In this document: in pieces, positions 44,342 to 56,465 of the stretch | Numbering within the stretch: position 1 is the first letter of the stretch | How the letters are laid out: the number at the start of each line of letters is the position of its first letter | Assembly: GCA_964016885.1 (NCBI GenBank) | Contig: OZ024746.1 | Location: 46,996,001-47,060,000 of the forward strand | Direction of reading: 5' to 3' | Source: Eledone cirrhosa | Lineage: Eukaryota | DNA length: 64,000 bases | The notes under the pieces: model-generated | What the model saw: only the letters and a program-made list of their open reading frames with translations | What the model was told of the DNA's origin: nothing | Database searches by the model: none | Program-made: the position numbers and the translations under genes

Positions 44342-47300
44342 TTACAGACACATACTCAGAGTAGGCCCATTCACTCGGGCCATTCTTGCTTCTCTCACCC
44401 ATCTTTCAACAAAATGCTGGGAAGAGAGCACTTCCCTCTCTACCCTGATTTTCCTTTTCAAATGAAATTTGAAAAAGTTAATCAGGGCATCACTGAAGAG
44501 GTAAGTGCTCGTCTTCAGCCCTTTCAAACGTGCCCACCATACTATCTCTTTCGCCATGGCCACCAGACAAATAAAAACTGCCTGCCCTTCCCGGCTAAAG
44601 GAAGAGGGCGGGGCAATCCTCACGATGAATTCAGCTGATAGCCGGATTCGTCCTACACGCGACAGCAGGTGTTCGACATAAACCCACAAGTCAGCAATTC
44701 TCGGACACTGGACGAATGCGTGCAGGACGGTTTCATCGCCCTGCGCGCATCTCGGACATGCCCGGCTGACGGCACCTCCATGCCTGTAGAGTTTATCCTG
44801 AACTGGCAAAGCTCCTCGGTAGCACTGCCAGGTCGGGGATTTCTGGAAGTTGTCCATAGGCCCTGCCCGAAAGTTCTTCCGAAGAAATTGGCTAGTTGAT
44901 TTTCGTCGAGGCCTAGAGTTTCCCCAAGTACGTCGTCGCTCTTCCCCTCCACTAATCCTCTATAGAACACCGAGGTGGAGTTTCCACCGATCACATTGCC
45001 CGATTGGTCGAGGGCTGTGAGCGCCTGAAGACATTCCAGTCTCCAAGCGCTCCCTCTCGGTCTTCGCTTGTCCCAGGACTGTAGCTCCGTCATGGAAACG
45101 AGCTGGGGAAAGACGCGTCTAGCAAACGGCGACCACACCCGATCACCGTCGAGGAAGAGGTGGAGATGTCGTAGCCTGAGTGCGTGTCTGCGCATCATCA
45201 GCCACAGCATGCCCAGCCCTCCACGGAGCGCGTCCCTTGCACAAAAAGTGAAAGAGCAAACGCTCCAGCGCAGTCAGGCGGGGCTTAGGACAAGGTACGA
45301 CGGTCAGGCGGTAGCAGATGATGGACGCGATGTACGCGTTAGCCACCTCCACTCGACCTTTCAGGGATTGCTTCCTCTCCGCCCATTTCTGGGTGAGCGA
45401 AGCCACCCTGCTCGTCACCTCGTCCCAGTTTTTGTCCGTCTGCAGGTCCGGACCGAACCAGACCCCTAGCAATTTAACGGGTCCGTCCGTCCAGCGTCCG
45501 AAGACGCTGTTGGACGGCATGGACCTGCCTCTCCAGGTGCCGAGCTGCAGGCCTACTGACTTTTCCTGGTTGATCATTGCTCCTGTCACCGCTTCGTATT
45601 CTCTTAGTGTAGTGCCGATCGCCTCGATGTGTTTGGCGTTCGACACCACTACTGTGACATCGTCCGCATATGCTGACACGGATCTTCCGCATCCTAGTTC
45701 GCGCGGGACGCCCCTCAACGTCTCCAGTTTGTGCAGTAGTGGCTCGAGAGTCAATACGTACAAGAGGGACGAGAGGGGACATCCTTGGCGGACCGAGCGC
45801 TTGATGTTGAACGGTTCCGAAAGGTGATCGTTCACTCTCACCACAGAGCAGATGTCGCTGTGCATGGCAGCGATCCAGCCTCTGAAGACGGACCCAAAGC
45901 CAGCCGCCCTCAGGACTGCCGCTAGGTAACGATGGTCGACCCTATCGAAAGCTTTCGACTGATCTAAATTGATCAAGGTCCAACCGTGCCAGGTTCCCTA
46001 GCTACCCTCTCTACGATGTATCGCATGAGGTGGAGGTTGTCGTGGATGAATCTGTCGGGAATGGCGCATGTCTGCGCCTCTCCCACCAGACCACCAACGA
46101 CAAGCGCCAACCTCTTTGCTAGCACCTTGGCCAAAATCTTGAACTCTGTGTTTAGCAGAGCTATGGGCCTGAAATTATCTATGTTATCCCCCTTGTTCGG
46201 ATCCTTTCTCAGCAGTGCCATCGCTCCTCGGCTCACAGAGCTGGGAATTCTCCCGTTCTGTTGCCAGTTGCAGTAGACGTCCGCCAAGAAGCCTCCGAAC
46301 AAGTCTGGCATTTGTACGTAAAGTTCATAGGGCAGACCATCCAAACCTGGCGATTTACCCCTTGTGCAGCCAGTCATTGCCTCCCGTACTTCAGCGGCTG
46401 TTATCGGCTTTTCGCAACACTCCACCTCAGTGGCCGAGAGCCGCGGCAGTCCGTCGAGGTAGACACTAAAGTCCATCCCTCGATCTGACCCGCCGCTGCC
46501 CCCGAACAGTTGAGCGAAGTGTCGCTGAAAAGCTTCACACATTTGCTCGGGATCGAGTAGCATGCGCCCGTCGTGGTCCACCAAAGACCAGATCGTGGCT
46601 TTGTTGCCACGACGCGCCTCTGCCACTCGGGCCCATTGAACGGCTTTCGTCCCCTAGGGTCTGAGAAAACGCACCCTAGCTCTGACAACGCAGCCTTCGT
46701 GCTTTGCATTGAAGAATTGATCAAGGGCCAATTTCGCCGCAAGTACGTCGGTCGCGATGCCTTCGCTAAGCGCCTCGTCTAATTTTCTAATTAATTCTCC
46801 CTCTGCACTATTTTTCTCTATAGCTAAAGCCTTACTAAACCTAATGGACTCTATTCTAATCGCTCTTTTCAGAGTAAACCACCACTTGTTGTACACGATG
46901 GCCCCCGTCAACGCTCGCTTAACTAGTTCGCTAATCTGGTCTCTGTAGGCCTTGCGCGCTGGTAAGGACGCGTTTAGCTTCCAGTAGCCGGGTCCTCGTC
47001 TATGAAGCCTATCTAAGTCAAGCATACAGATCACGAATTTGTGGTCCGTGTAGCTGACTATCTTGAATTGTGGACAGCCTATGCTAGACCTATCTATTTC
47101 CCTACAAAATACTCTATCTAGATATGATCTGGATGACCCTATGCGATTTGTTCAAGTCCACATTGGCACATTCGGGAAATCCAATCGGTACCTGTCAGAC
47201 AGTTCAAAACGCCTGAGCAGGTTGGTGAGGCTCTTGCACCCTCCTCCCCTATCCGCTAATCCCACACAGTCCCAGCGTGCATCTAAGATCCCGTTCCAGT

Positions 47301-47721
47301 CGCCCACTAACACTAAAGAGCGAAACGTTCGAAGAAAGGTCTCCAGACGCCGGAAGAAATCAGGCCGCCCTGCTCCTGTCGGGGCATAGACGGCCACTAG
47401 CCTGAAAGCTTGCCCGTCTCCGCTGGTCACGTCCAGCACCACCAACTTACCTTCTGGGTCCAGGAAGATGGCCCGTATGGCGAGATCCAAATCTCTCCGA
47501 AAAAGCACGGCAACTCCTCCCTCCGATCCAGGACGGCTGGGAGATGTTTACACATCGTAGCCGCCAAAGATCGGTGCGAAGGCCCGTGCTTCGGAGATTC
47601 TGGTCTCGCTGATGGCCACTACATCTATGTTTAGTGACCTGAGGTCGTTGAGCAGGTGGCCATGCTTCCATGACGACCCCAAGCCACGCGCATTTATGCT
47701 GCCTATTCTGAGTGAGGTCAT
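44342..47721 (-). pseudogene. Tx1-A ORF2 (APE-RT-zf), several frameshifts and stops
   Basis: ORF pieces 47152-47508, 46654-47034, 45973-46626, 45143-45976 (YADD), 44653-45210 and 44342-44857. Confidence 0.92.
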
Positions 47722-47759
47722 GTTGAAATGGAGTGGAAAAGATGGGAAAGACCACTTAC

Positions 47760-49485
47760 CTTACTGTTCGTAGAGATGGTTTTTCCATCCCTTTTCACTT
47801 GATCGTCTGGTGAAGGGACCGTTGAATCGTCCCTTCGTCTGGTCGTCGGCTCTTCTATGAGTATGTCCGAATATACTCTCCGGTTGAGAGTCCCTCCTAG
47901 ATCTCTGAAATCACCAACTGCATTGGGGAATTTCGTTTTAGTGTTTGTGTATTGTTTCTGTGCTATTCTTACCAGTCTTATGTTCGTTGGTGTTTTGATT
48001 GGTGCTGGTATTATGTAGTCGTGTTGTGAAATGTCTGTTTGTTCAATTATGTAAGTCATTAGTTTCTTGTGTGTATTTATTGCCGTTCATTTGTTTTTCT
48101 GGGGGTGGGGTGTGGTTCTGCTATTTTCTTGTCATTGTTGCTGGCTGTGTGTATTTTGTTGTTGTGTTTGCGATGTTGGTGCTTGTGGTGGTGGTGTTGA
48201 AGGTGTTGTTGTTGTTGGCGGTGGGGTTATCGCCGGTGGTGATGGTGGTGGTAGTGTGGGTGGTGATGGTGTTGGTGGTGTTGCTGCTGTCAGTCTCTTT
48301 GCAGTAGCCTTTACCCTCTTTTCATTTATTTCCTCCCTTTTCGAAAGCGACGATGCGCTGCTTCTGCGTTTGTGCCCTCTTGCGACCTTTTGCCATCCCT
48401 CTCCCACATCACACTCCATCTCTGATTCTGTGAGGTCGGGGAGGGGTACCAGTTCCACTCTTTCACTTGTTGTTGTTGGTAATGTTTGCAGTGGAGTCTC
48501 TGTTGCAGCTGCAGTTGGTATTACTGTTGTTGTTAATATTTCCACTGCTGCTGCTGTCCTTGATTTCTGTGGCGTGGGTATGGGTGCCACGGATCTATCC
48601 TTGCTGGTTGCCGCCTGTCCTGTTGCTGGTAGCCGTGGAGCCGGTTTCGGAAGGAGGGGGGTTTTCTCCTTTCTCAGGGTCTTCTCATTGCAGAAGGCCC
48701 TGAGGTGAGGCTTAGATCCACAGCGAAAGCATTTCGGGCGTTTGCCCTCAACACTTATGGGCAGTTGAGTGCCGTTATCGAAGTCTATCACATACGGGAT
48801 AGCTTCGATGTACTCCTGGTTGGTTTGGATTAACATCTCAATGGAGGTGCCGACCCAAGCGTCTCTTAATTTTTTCTGTACATGCAGTACAATTGTTTTG
48901 TCCTCGATTCCGACGAGGACAGACGCGGTCAGCCAAGAATGGGCCATCCCAGGGGGGACGTGGGTCAGTTTGACCCTCACAATTTTTGCCCTCAGTAAGT
49001 AGGAGGGCACCAACACCATTTCCTCGCTCCTTAGGGTCACTAAGGATTGAGCCTTTGCCTCCTGGGGTGTGGCAAAGACACGTCCACGGTGGCATATTTC
49101 TTGTCTCGGGTGATATGCGTTTTCCGCTGCCACACAGACCCTAAGGCTTTTGGTATTTGAGCCTCTGTGGCTCTTTCAACCCTACGGGATTTTGTGCTTA
49201 CTGTACGGTACGTGACCGTACAGTGCTGTTGGGTTTCGAAAGATTTTTCGGCTGCCTTGCAGATTGCTCGGTGTCCGGTTTTCGTCACCATCTTATTTGC
49301 TTCCTGTAATTCCTCATTTGTTATAAGGATGGTTTCCAGATTCTTTGCGATACCTGCAAACGAGATTGGTTTTTCTTTCTTGTTGTTATTGTTGTTGTCG
49401 TCAGAGCTGCTGTTACTTTTGTTGTTGCTGCTGGTACTACGACCGCCGCCGCCGCTGTTGCTGTGGTTGTTGTTGTTGTTGTTGT

Positions 49486-49517
<32 letters not shown>

Positions 49518-49885
49518 ATGCTGTTGCGGTTGCTACTATTGTTTTCCTTGTCACTGTTGCTGCTGCTGCTGTTATTACGGATGCTACAGCTATTATTCAT
49601 GACATCAGACGAATGAAATGGCTTTCCGTATTTACCGCACACATTATTCGTCGTTGTCGTCGTCGTGGAGAAATGTTCCTCGGTTTGCACGTGCGCGAGG
49701 AAACTATCAGAAACTATATTTTTCTTTTTCTTTACTGGCGTCGCTTGCGAAAGAGACGCGAGGGAGAGAGACACATTTAGAGAAGGGAGGGAGAGAGACA
49801 ATCTTCTCTCTGATGTAGTGACGATTGAGGAAGAAGTAGACGGAATGAGTGGGAGTGACTTGTGAAAATTCTTTTTTGTAGCCAT
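47760..49885 (-). pseudogene. Tx1-A ORF1 with CCHC knuckle
   Basis: MATKKNF start at 49885; SFAGIA motif; CFRCGSKPHLRAFC; pieces 49040-49918, 48132-49133 and 47718-48059. Confidence 0.85.
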
Positions 49886-50124
49886 GTTTTTTTTAGGTTT
49901 AAAATGAATATTGGGCACAAAACCCCAATAAGCGGTTATTTAACCCCGAAGGGTCAAATAACGGGCAGAAAAACCCCTCACACGAGGAGGAGGGTGTTTT
50001 TATCTACAATTTGGTTAAAGTTTTAAACAATTTACAATTGTTATAGCGGTTAAAAATTACTGTTCCTTACAGAGCCGAGCCTCCGTCAACCATGGCATTC
50101 AATAATAATAATAATAATAATAAT

Positions 50125-51071
50125 CACATGATTGGGTGATCAAACTCGTGTTTTGAAACACGAAAGCATCAAAAGATCATACTCCATTACAAAAGATGCA
50201 CAAAGATACAGTAATGGACTACAAATTCAGGAGTCCCATTTACTGCTGAAATGGAAAACACAGAAAAAGCAAAACAGGTAAAAGAAAGAACTGCTACAGA
50301 AACTGGCTAAGAAATGGCAAGAAAAGCCTCTGTATGAAAAATACCCAGAAAGAGCTAACAATCCTGATGTTGACAAAACTTTAACCCATCAGTGGTTGGC
50401 ATCCTCTGGACTGAAATCGGAGACTGAAGGACTGATTATATCAGCACAAGATCAGTGTCTGCCAACAAAAAATTACCAAGCCAACATAATAAAAAATGGA
50501 TGCAGCCCATTATGCCGTGTATGTAAAAAACAACCAGAGGCCATTGATCATATAATTTCAACCGAATACCTAAACAGGCATGACAGAGCTGCACAATACA
50601 TACATTGGATAATGTGTAAGCATTTTGACCTGCCCCATCAAAAGAATTGGTGGGAGCATCAACCACCTCCCATACTTGAAAAAGATCACATCTCAATCTT
50701 GTGGAACTTTAGCATCCAAACAGACCGAAAAATAGATGCAAATAGACCTGATATAATACTGAAGGACTTTAAAAAGAGGGTATGCCTGCTAATTGATATG
50801 TCCGTTCCAATAGACAAGAATGTATCTATAAAAACATTTGAAAAATTGAGCAAGTATAAAGACCTGGAGATAGAAATTGGAAAAATGTGGAAATTGAGAA
50901 CTAAAACAATACCAGTGGTTGTAGACGCTCTAGGAATGATACCTAAGGGGTCTAATGATTACTTATCGCAAATCCCAGGAAACCCGCGTATAGGAGAAAT
51001 CCAAAAGATAGTACTAATGGGAACTGCCCATATACTAAGGAAAATTCTGTCAATATAAGTACATCACAAGT
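50125..51071 (+). mobile_element. R4/Dong-type 3' fragment, copy C
   Basis: ORF 50396-51058 (ETEGLIISAQDQ, CRVC..H, RHD, RPD) is near-identical to copy B but lacks 7 codons, including the last CCHC Cys. Starts directly after (AAT)n. Confidence 0.92.
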
Positions 51072-51579
51072 CCTTTTAATCTGGTCCACCATATAACCTC
51101 TTTCGCAACGGCCACCAGACAGAGGAAAATTGCCTGCTCTTCCTGGCGGAAGACGGCGGGTCGATCTTCATTATCGACTCGGCCGATAGCCGGATCCGTT
51201 CCAAATGCGTCAGTAGCTGTTCGACATAACTCCACAAGTCAGTAATGCACGGACATTGGACAAGTACGTGCAGAACGGTTTCGTCGCTCTGTGAACGGGT
51301 CCGTCTGACAGCACTTCCGCGCCTGTAGAGTTTATCCCGAACCGGCAGTGCCCCCCGGTATTACTGCCAAGCGAGGGATTTCTGGAAATTGTCCATCGTC
51401 CCTGGCTCGAAAGTCCTCCGGATCAGACTGGTCAGTTCGACTTCGTCGAGGTCCAAAGCTTCTCCGAGTGCGTCATCGCACTTGCCCACGACTAATCCTC
51501 TATAGAACTCGAGAGTGGAGGTTCCACTGATCGCATTGCCCGCTTGGTAGAGGGCAGTGAGTGCCTGGCAACATACCAG
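51068..51579 (-). mobile_element. Diverged Tx1 ORF2 C-terminal fragment (third subfamily)
   Basis: QAIFLCLVAVAKEVIWWTRLKGL is homologous to subfamilies A and B; internal deletions. Confidence 0.8.
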
Positions 51580-51580
51580 G

Positions 51581-51748
51581 TAATAATAATAATGGTTTGT
51601 TATATAGGCACATACTTTATTTTATCGACCCCGTAAGGATAAAAGGCAAATCTAACCTCGGTGGGATTTGAACTCAGAACGTAAAGGGCCGTAACTTTAT
51701 GTCGTTAAGCATGTTGTTCGATGCTCTACCGATTCTGCCAACTCACCG
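51581..51748 (-). mobile_element. tRNA-derived SINE with (ATT)n tail
   Basis: B box (plus strand GGATTTGAACTC), core TTATCGACCCCGTAAGGAT, 5' end TGCCAACTCACCG. Confidence 0.85.
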
Positions 51749-52270
51749 AACTAGCATTCTAGTAATAAATTATGGTTCCGATATTTAAATTTTAGATTAA
51801 ACAAACTAGCAAATCGATAGAATAAATCAAGAAAAATGAATGACTGCACAAATACGACACCCAAAATCAGATCTGGGAAGATTATATTTACCCTGAGCAC
51901 AAAGTGGAGGTATTATGTAACTTGAAAACTAATAGAAAATGTCCAAAGTATGACTACAAAAACTCCTAGTACAGAATGAATTAATTCAAGTCAAAGAAAA
52001 GAAAAAGGAGAAAGATATCTGGAAGACACTTTGTTCAGATATTTCGTTAGGAATACAAAACTATACAAAGATTGATTTCAAATATATTGCTGCTGCATAT
52101 GTGAAAATAAATATGAAATCGCAAATGTTATATATGGGCATTTTGTCTTCTGTTCGTGCATTACCCCCAACGTCTTGAGCCCATGAGGCCAATAAAACAA
52201 ACCATTACTTTGATATGGTTTTGTGGCCATTAATTTTGTAGTTTATACACACACACTTACAAGCACACAC

Positions 52271-52659
<389 letters not shown>

Positions 52660-53479
52660 GTGTATATATGTGTGTGTATGTGAGTTTTTAGGGATTGGTT
52701 TGTATGTATATGCATGTGTGAGAGATACAAAAAATTATTGACAATAGCTGAGAGCAAAAGATAAATCCCAAGTGAGTAATAAAAAGATTAATTGCTACAT
52801 TGTTGGAGTGGTTACAGCTGCATCTACTATCAATAATGATCATGATTATGATGATGAGCATGATAATAACAATAATACCAATCATAATAATAATAATAAT
52901 AACAATAATAACAATTATATATTTGTATATACAAATAAATAAATATATACCTACATACATATATATGTGGGGGTAAGAGGGAGTGAGAGTGTGTGTGTGC
53001 GTGGTGTGTCTCGGGTTCAACCAGTTAGTAAGGTACTCAATACATGTTTAATATAGTAATGGCTTCTGCAGGACTAGAAATATTTCATTCAAAAGAAATC
53101 ACTTTCCTGCATCGAAGGACCCATCTGTTCGCAAGTGGGAGCACCACGAGAGGCCGCTGTCATACTTAGGGCCCCACCAGCCCTGTCATGCCATGGTAGC
53201 CCCATTACTCGTCCCAGAAGATCAACACCCTTTATCTTGCATTTATTTTTCAGTGTATTTTTGTGAGTGTATTATTTTGTGAGTGTATTATATGTATATT
53301 CATGTGTGTGTATGTGTATGTATGTACATGTAAAATTTATATGTATGAGAGAGTGTGTGCGTAGGCATTTTATGTATGTGTGTGTATGTGTGTGTGTATA
53401 TGTGTGTGTATGTGTGTGTATGTGTGTGATACGTGGATATATTTCTTTATTTATTTATTTATATCCGTTAATTTTGGTT

Positions 53480-53765
53480 TTGTTTTTGTTTATAACGGTT
53501 ATTTCTAGTAATGCTCGGGATAGGTGCGTCCATTGAATTCTAGGCCCGTGTTTGGTAATTCTATATACTTGTTTGTGTTTTTGCTGGTTCGTCCACAAAT
53601 TTGATGTGATTTTTGTTGTGTTAACACTGGTCTGAGGATCAGCCATACTTGGAGTCTGGTCTGGGGGTCCTATCCCAGGTCACGAGCCAGCTGCTTGAGA
53701 AACATTTGTAACCAGGATTGAGCAATAAATCTCCTATACAACATCTCCACTCTGATCTTATTATA
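53480..53765 (-). pseudogene. Possible decayed GIY-YIG endonuclease (Penelope-like)
   Basis: DQSGDVV*EIYCS followed by GRTSKN and RITKH in shifted frames resembles GVVY-x-I-x-C...YIG-x-T-x-R...RI-x-EH. Confidence 0.35.
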
Positions 53766-54357
53766 CGTATATATATATATGCGTGTGCGTGTGCGTGTGG
53801 GTATTTCAAATGCCCGAGTTTTTGTTTGATGAGGCTTGTGCTTCTGTGTTCCATGATATGTGATTTACGAAATGTCATTCTTCTCCAAGTGTATTGGATC
53901 CGTTGTTTAAATAGTGGGTTTAATTATAAAGACATTTGTGAGATTTATTTTACGCTATTGTACACAAATCAACGTTTTCCTTTATATTCGCTAGCGTTTA
54001 AATATTTCAACGAGTTTCTATTTATTGCTGTACTTTGAAACATTTTCTTTTATTTGCAAGTTGTAGGTGGCTAATTTTGTTGTGTTCAGTATTCCTACAT
54101 CCACAAAAGGATTTTTATTAAAAGTATCTATATTTAAATGTCTCTGCTGCCAGCCTAGATATCACTTACTCGCCACATATATCTATTTTACTTGACAGAG
54201 ATGACACCTACTTCATACATTATGGCTTCTGCCTTGCAGGATATAACCCTTGGGCAGTTCTGTAACCAAACCACTTTTCATCGAACGACTTATATTCAAA
54301 CGACATTTAACTGAACGACGTTTGAACAAAATGTCTATTCTTGGTACTTTTATAGTA

Positions 54358-54735
54358 GATAAACCACATTGCCAAGGACATCCATGCTCTTAATTTAGAC
54401 GAGAAAGTTGTGCAAACTTTTGATACCAAGCGCTTTAAACTTAACTTGCCGCCTGCAAGAGTCTGAGAGGAATGGGAGATATTTGATGGGAATATAGTCC
54501 CAAAATTGAATGCGCTCATAGGAAAGAGTAACCTGGAACACAAATTTGCCACATTCGGTGACATTGTTTACTTCACCTGCAAATATGCCTATGGAGTAAG
54601 ACAACCCAATACAAGAACACCACCTCCATACACCAGCGAAATATTTGGAGGAAAAAAGGGATCTCATGAAGCAGATGAGGGTTGCTTCGGCCTTTCAGAT
54701 CCAAGAGTTACAAGTACTCTGGAAAGATCTCGAAG
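54358..54735 (+). pseudogene. HERO/NeSL-like non-LTR retrotransposon pre-RT fragment
   Basis: KLNLPPA..EEWEIFD...LEHKFATFGDIVY..C...YG, then frameshifted LMKQMR...ELQVLWKDL; recognised from memory of HERO ORFs. Confidence 0.45.
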
Positions 54736-55848
54736 TAACTGTTAATAACCTTTCCAGTAATATTTAAATCTTATTAACTAAACGTATTTTGAACTTAGTC
54801 GGTTTAATGAACCTGCATTTAGAGTTAGTTTCAAAGTATCACTTTTAGAGGTTTACTATATATTGTCTTCTTAATTTAAATTATTATATGTGTCGGCACT
54901 CAGTGTATTTACTTTCATCTAATGTTATTATTGAACAGATGTTTTTGTAGTGTATTTTCCATTGTAGGTGGTTTTCTATGTTTATTTTAAAACCAGCACC
55001 TCACCATATTTCTTCATTTCATTTGGAACGTACACTACATATTTCTTCATTTCATTTGAAACACATATTACTTATCGAATATATTGTTTGTATTTAATCT
55101 ACGGTGGGCTCACGTATAAAATCAGATAGACCCCTAACGATTTACACATTAGAATAAGGAAACTCAATATATACTATGCACAGACGACTGAATGAAATAA
55201 AACTGATAGCGTGGAAATAACAAAATACAGGAATAAAGATAGGCATAGACGATGAAATTAGCCTAAACCAGATTTTAGTGTAGTAACATGTATTTATGCA
55301 GTAGTACGTTATACTATAGGACGTTACAATATGATTAACGATAATAGAAGTAGTAATGCAACGAGAAATTCTCATAAAATCTATGCGACCTCTGATGCAA
55401 CTACAAATTTAAGTAGTCATAATAATAAAGCCAATCCTAAATACAACGACAAAATTAACAGCGATCAGAGCAAAGCAGAACAGTGCAAAACCACTTAGTG
55501 CCCACGTACAACTGAGAATAATATTGTTGTATTCAATAATAGAATATTAAATAACAATAAGTATAATATAAACACACCTAATCACTTAATCGATAGGCAT
55601 AACTAACTAACCAATGCTAGACCCCATGCCGAAACGTGTAACTAAGACACAATACCTCATTGATTGCCTAATATACGTATAAATATTGATCGCTCAATAC
55701 TGTATCTAATACAGCTAATAATTGCCAAAATAACCAATGTCTAACTGTATAAATATAGTATCAACTGTAGTATCAACATATCACGAAATGTAGGAGCCAT
55801 CGCCATTTAAGAGATATACAATCATGTCCATTCATTTAGGATAATAAT

Positions 55849-56097
55849 TGTTTCTACTTTGGGCACAAGGCCAGCAATTATCCAGTGCATTACTGGTACT
55901 TTATTTTATCGACCCCGTAAGGATGAAAGGATAATAATGATTTCTACTTTAAGCAAGAGGCGGAGAGAGTCGATTAAATCGACTTCGTTACCGACTCGGA
56001 AACGATGAAAGACAAAGTTGACCCCGGCTGGATTTGAACTATATGCCGAAAACAATGTTGTCAGAAGCTCTACTGATGCCGTCAATGAACCGCTGTT
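55849..56097 (-). mobile_element. Young truncated SINE nested in the tail of an older SINE, each with a TSD
   Basis: TTCATTTAGGATAATAAT at 55831-55848 and 56098-56115; AGGATAATAAT again at 55928-55938. Confidence 0.75.
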
Positions 56098-56340
56098 TTC
56101 ATTTAGGATAATAATAAGAAACAAAATGCATCACTCACAGAACTGATAGAGGAAAAATAATGAGTACGTGTTGTCTCGGTCTATAGCTTCGCTATGGTAT
56201 CTCTCCTACGTTCTAAAGAGTTTGTGTCACACTATAGCAAAATAAATTTGTTGAAGGCTACTTAATCCCAGCTACTACAGGTAAAGCAATTCTGTATCTC
56301 AAATCCCGGTATTTACTTAGTATAGAGGTCTATCATTATT

Positions 56341-56465
56341 ATTCTGAGTTCAAATCCCGCCGAGGTTAACTTTGCCTTTCATCCTTGTGGGGTCGATAAA
56401 ATAAAGTACGATTAATGCACTGGGTAATTGCTGGCCTTGTGCCAAAAGTAGAAACAATTATTATT
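56341..56465 (+). mobile_element. 5'-truncated SINE
   Basis: GAGTTCAAATCCCGCCGAGG...GTAGAAACAATTATTATT. Confidence 0.88.

Larger units (their letters stand above)
44090..50100 (-). mobile_element. Full-length Tx1 subfamily A copy 2 (~6.0 kb), flanked by (AAT)n on both sides
   Basis: 5' UTR, ORF1, ORF2 and 3' UTR with AATAAA; (AAT)n at 44063-44089 and 50101-50124. Confidence 0.93.

Noticed and set aside
49969-50001. HDV-like ribozyme in the Tx1 5' UTR (TCCTCGT resembles L3)
   Set aside because: P3, P1 and P1.1 pairings could not be built by eye; a simple hairpin explains it.
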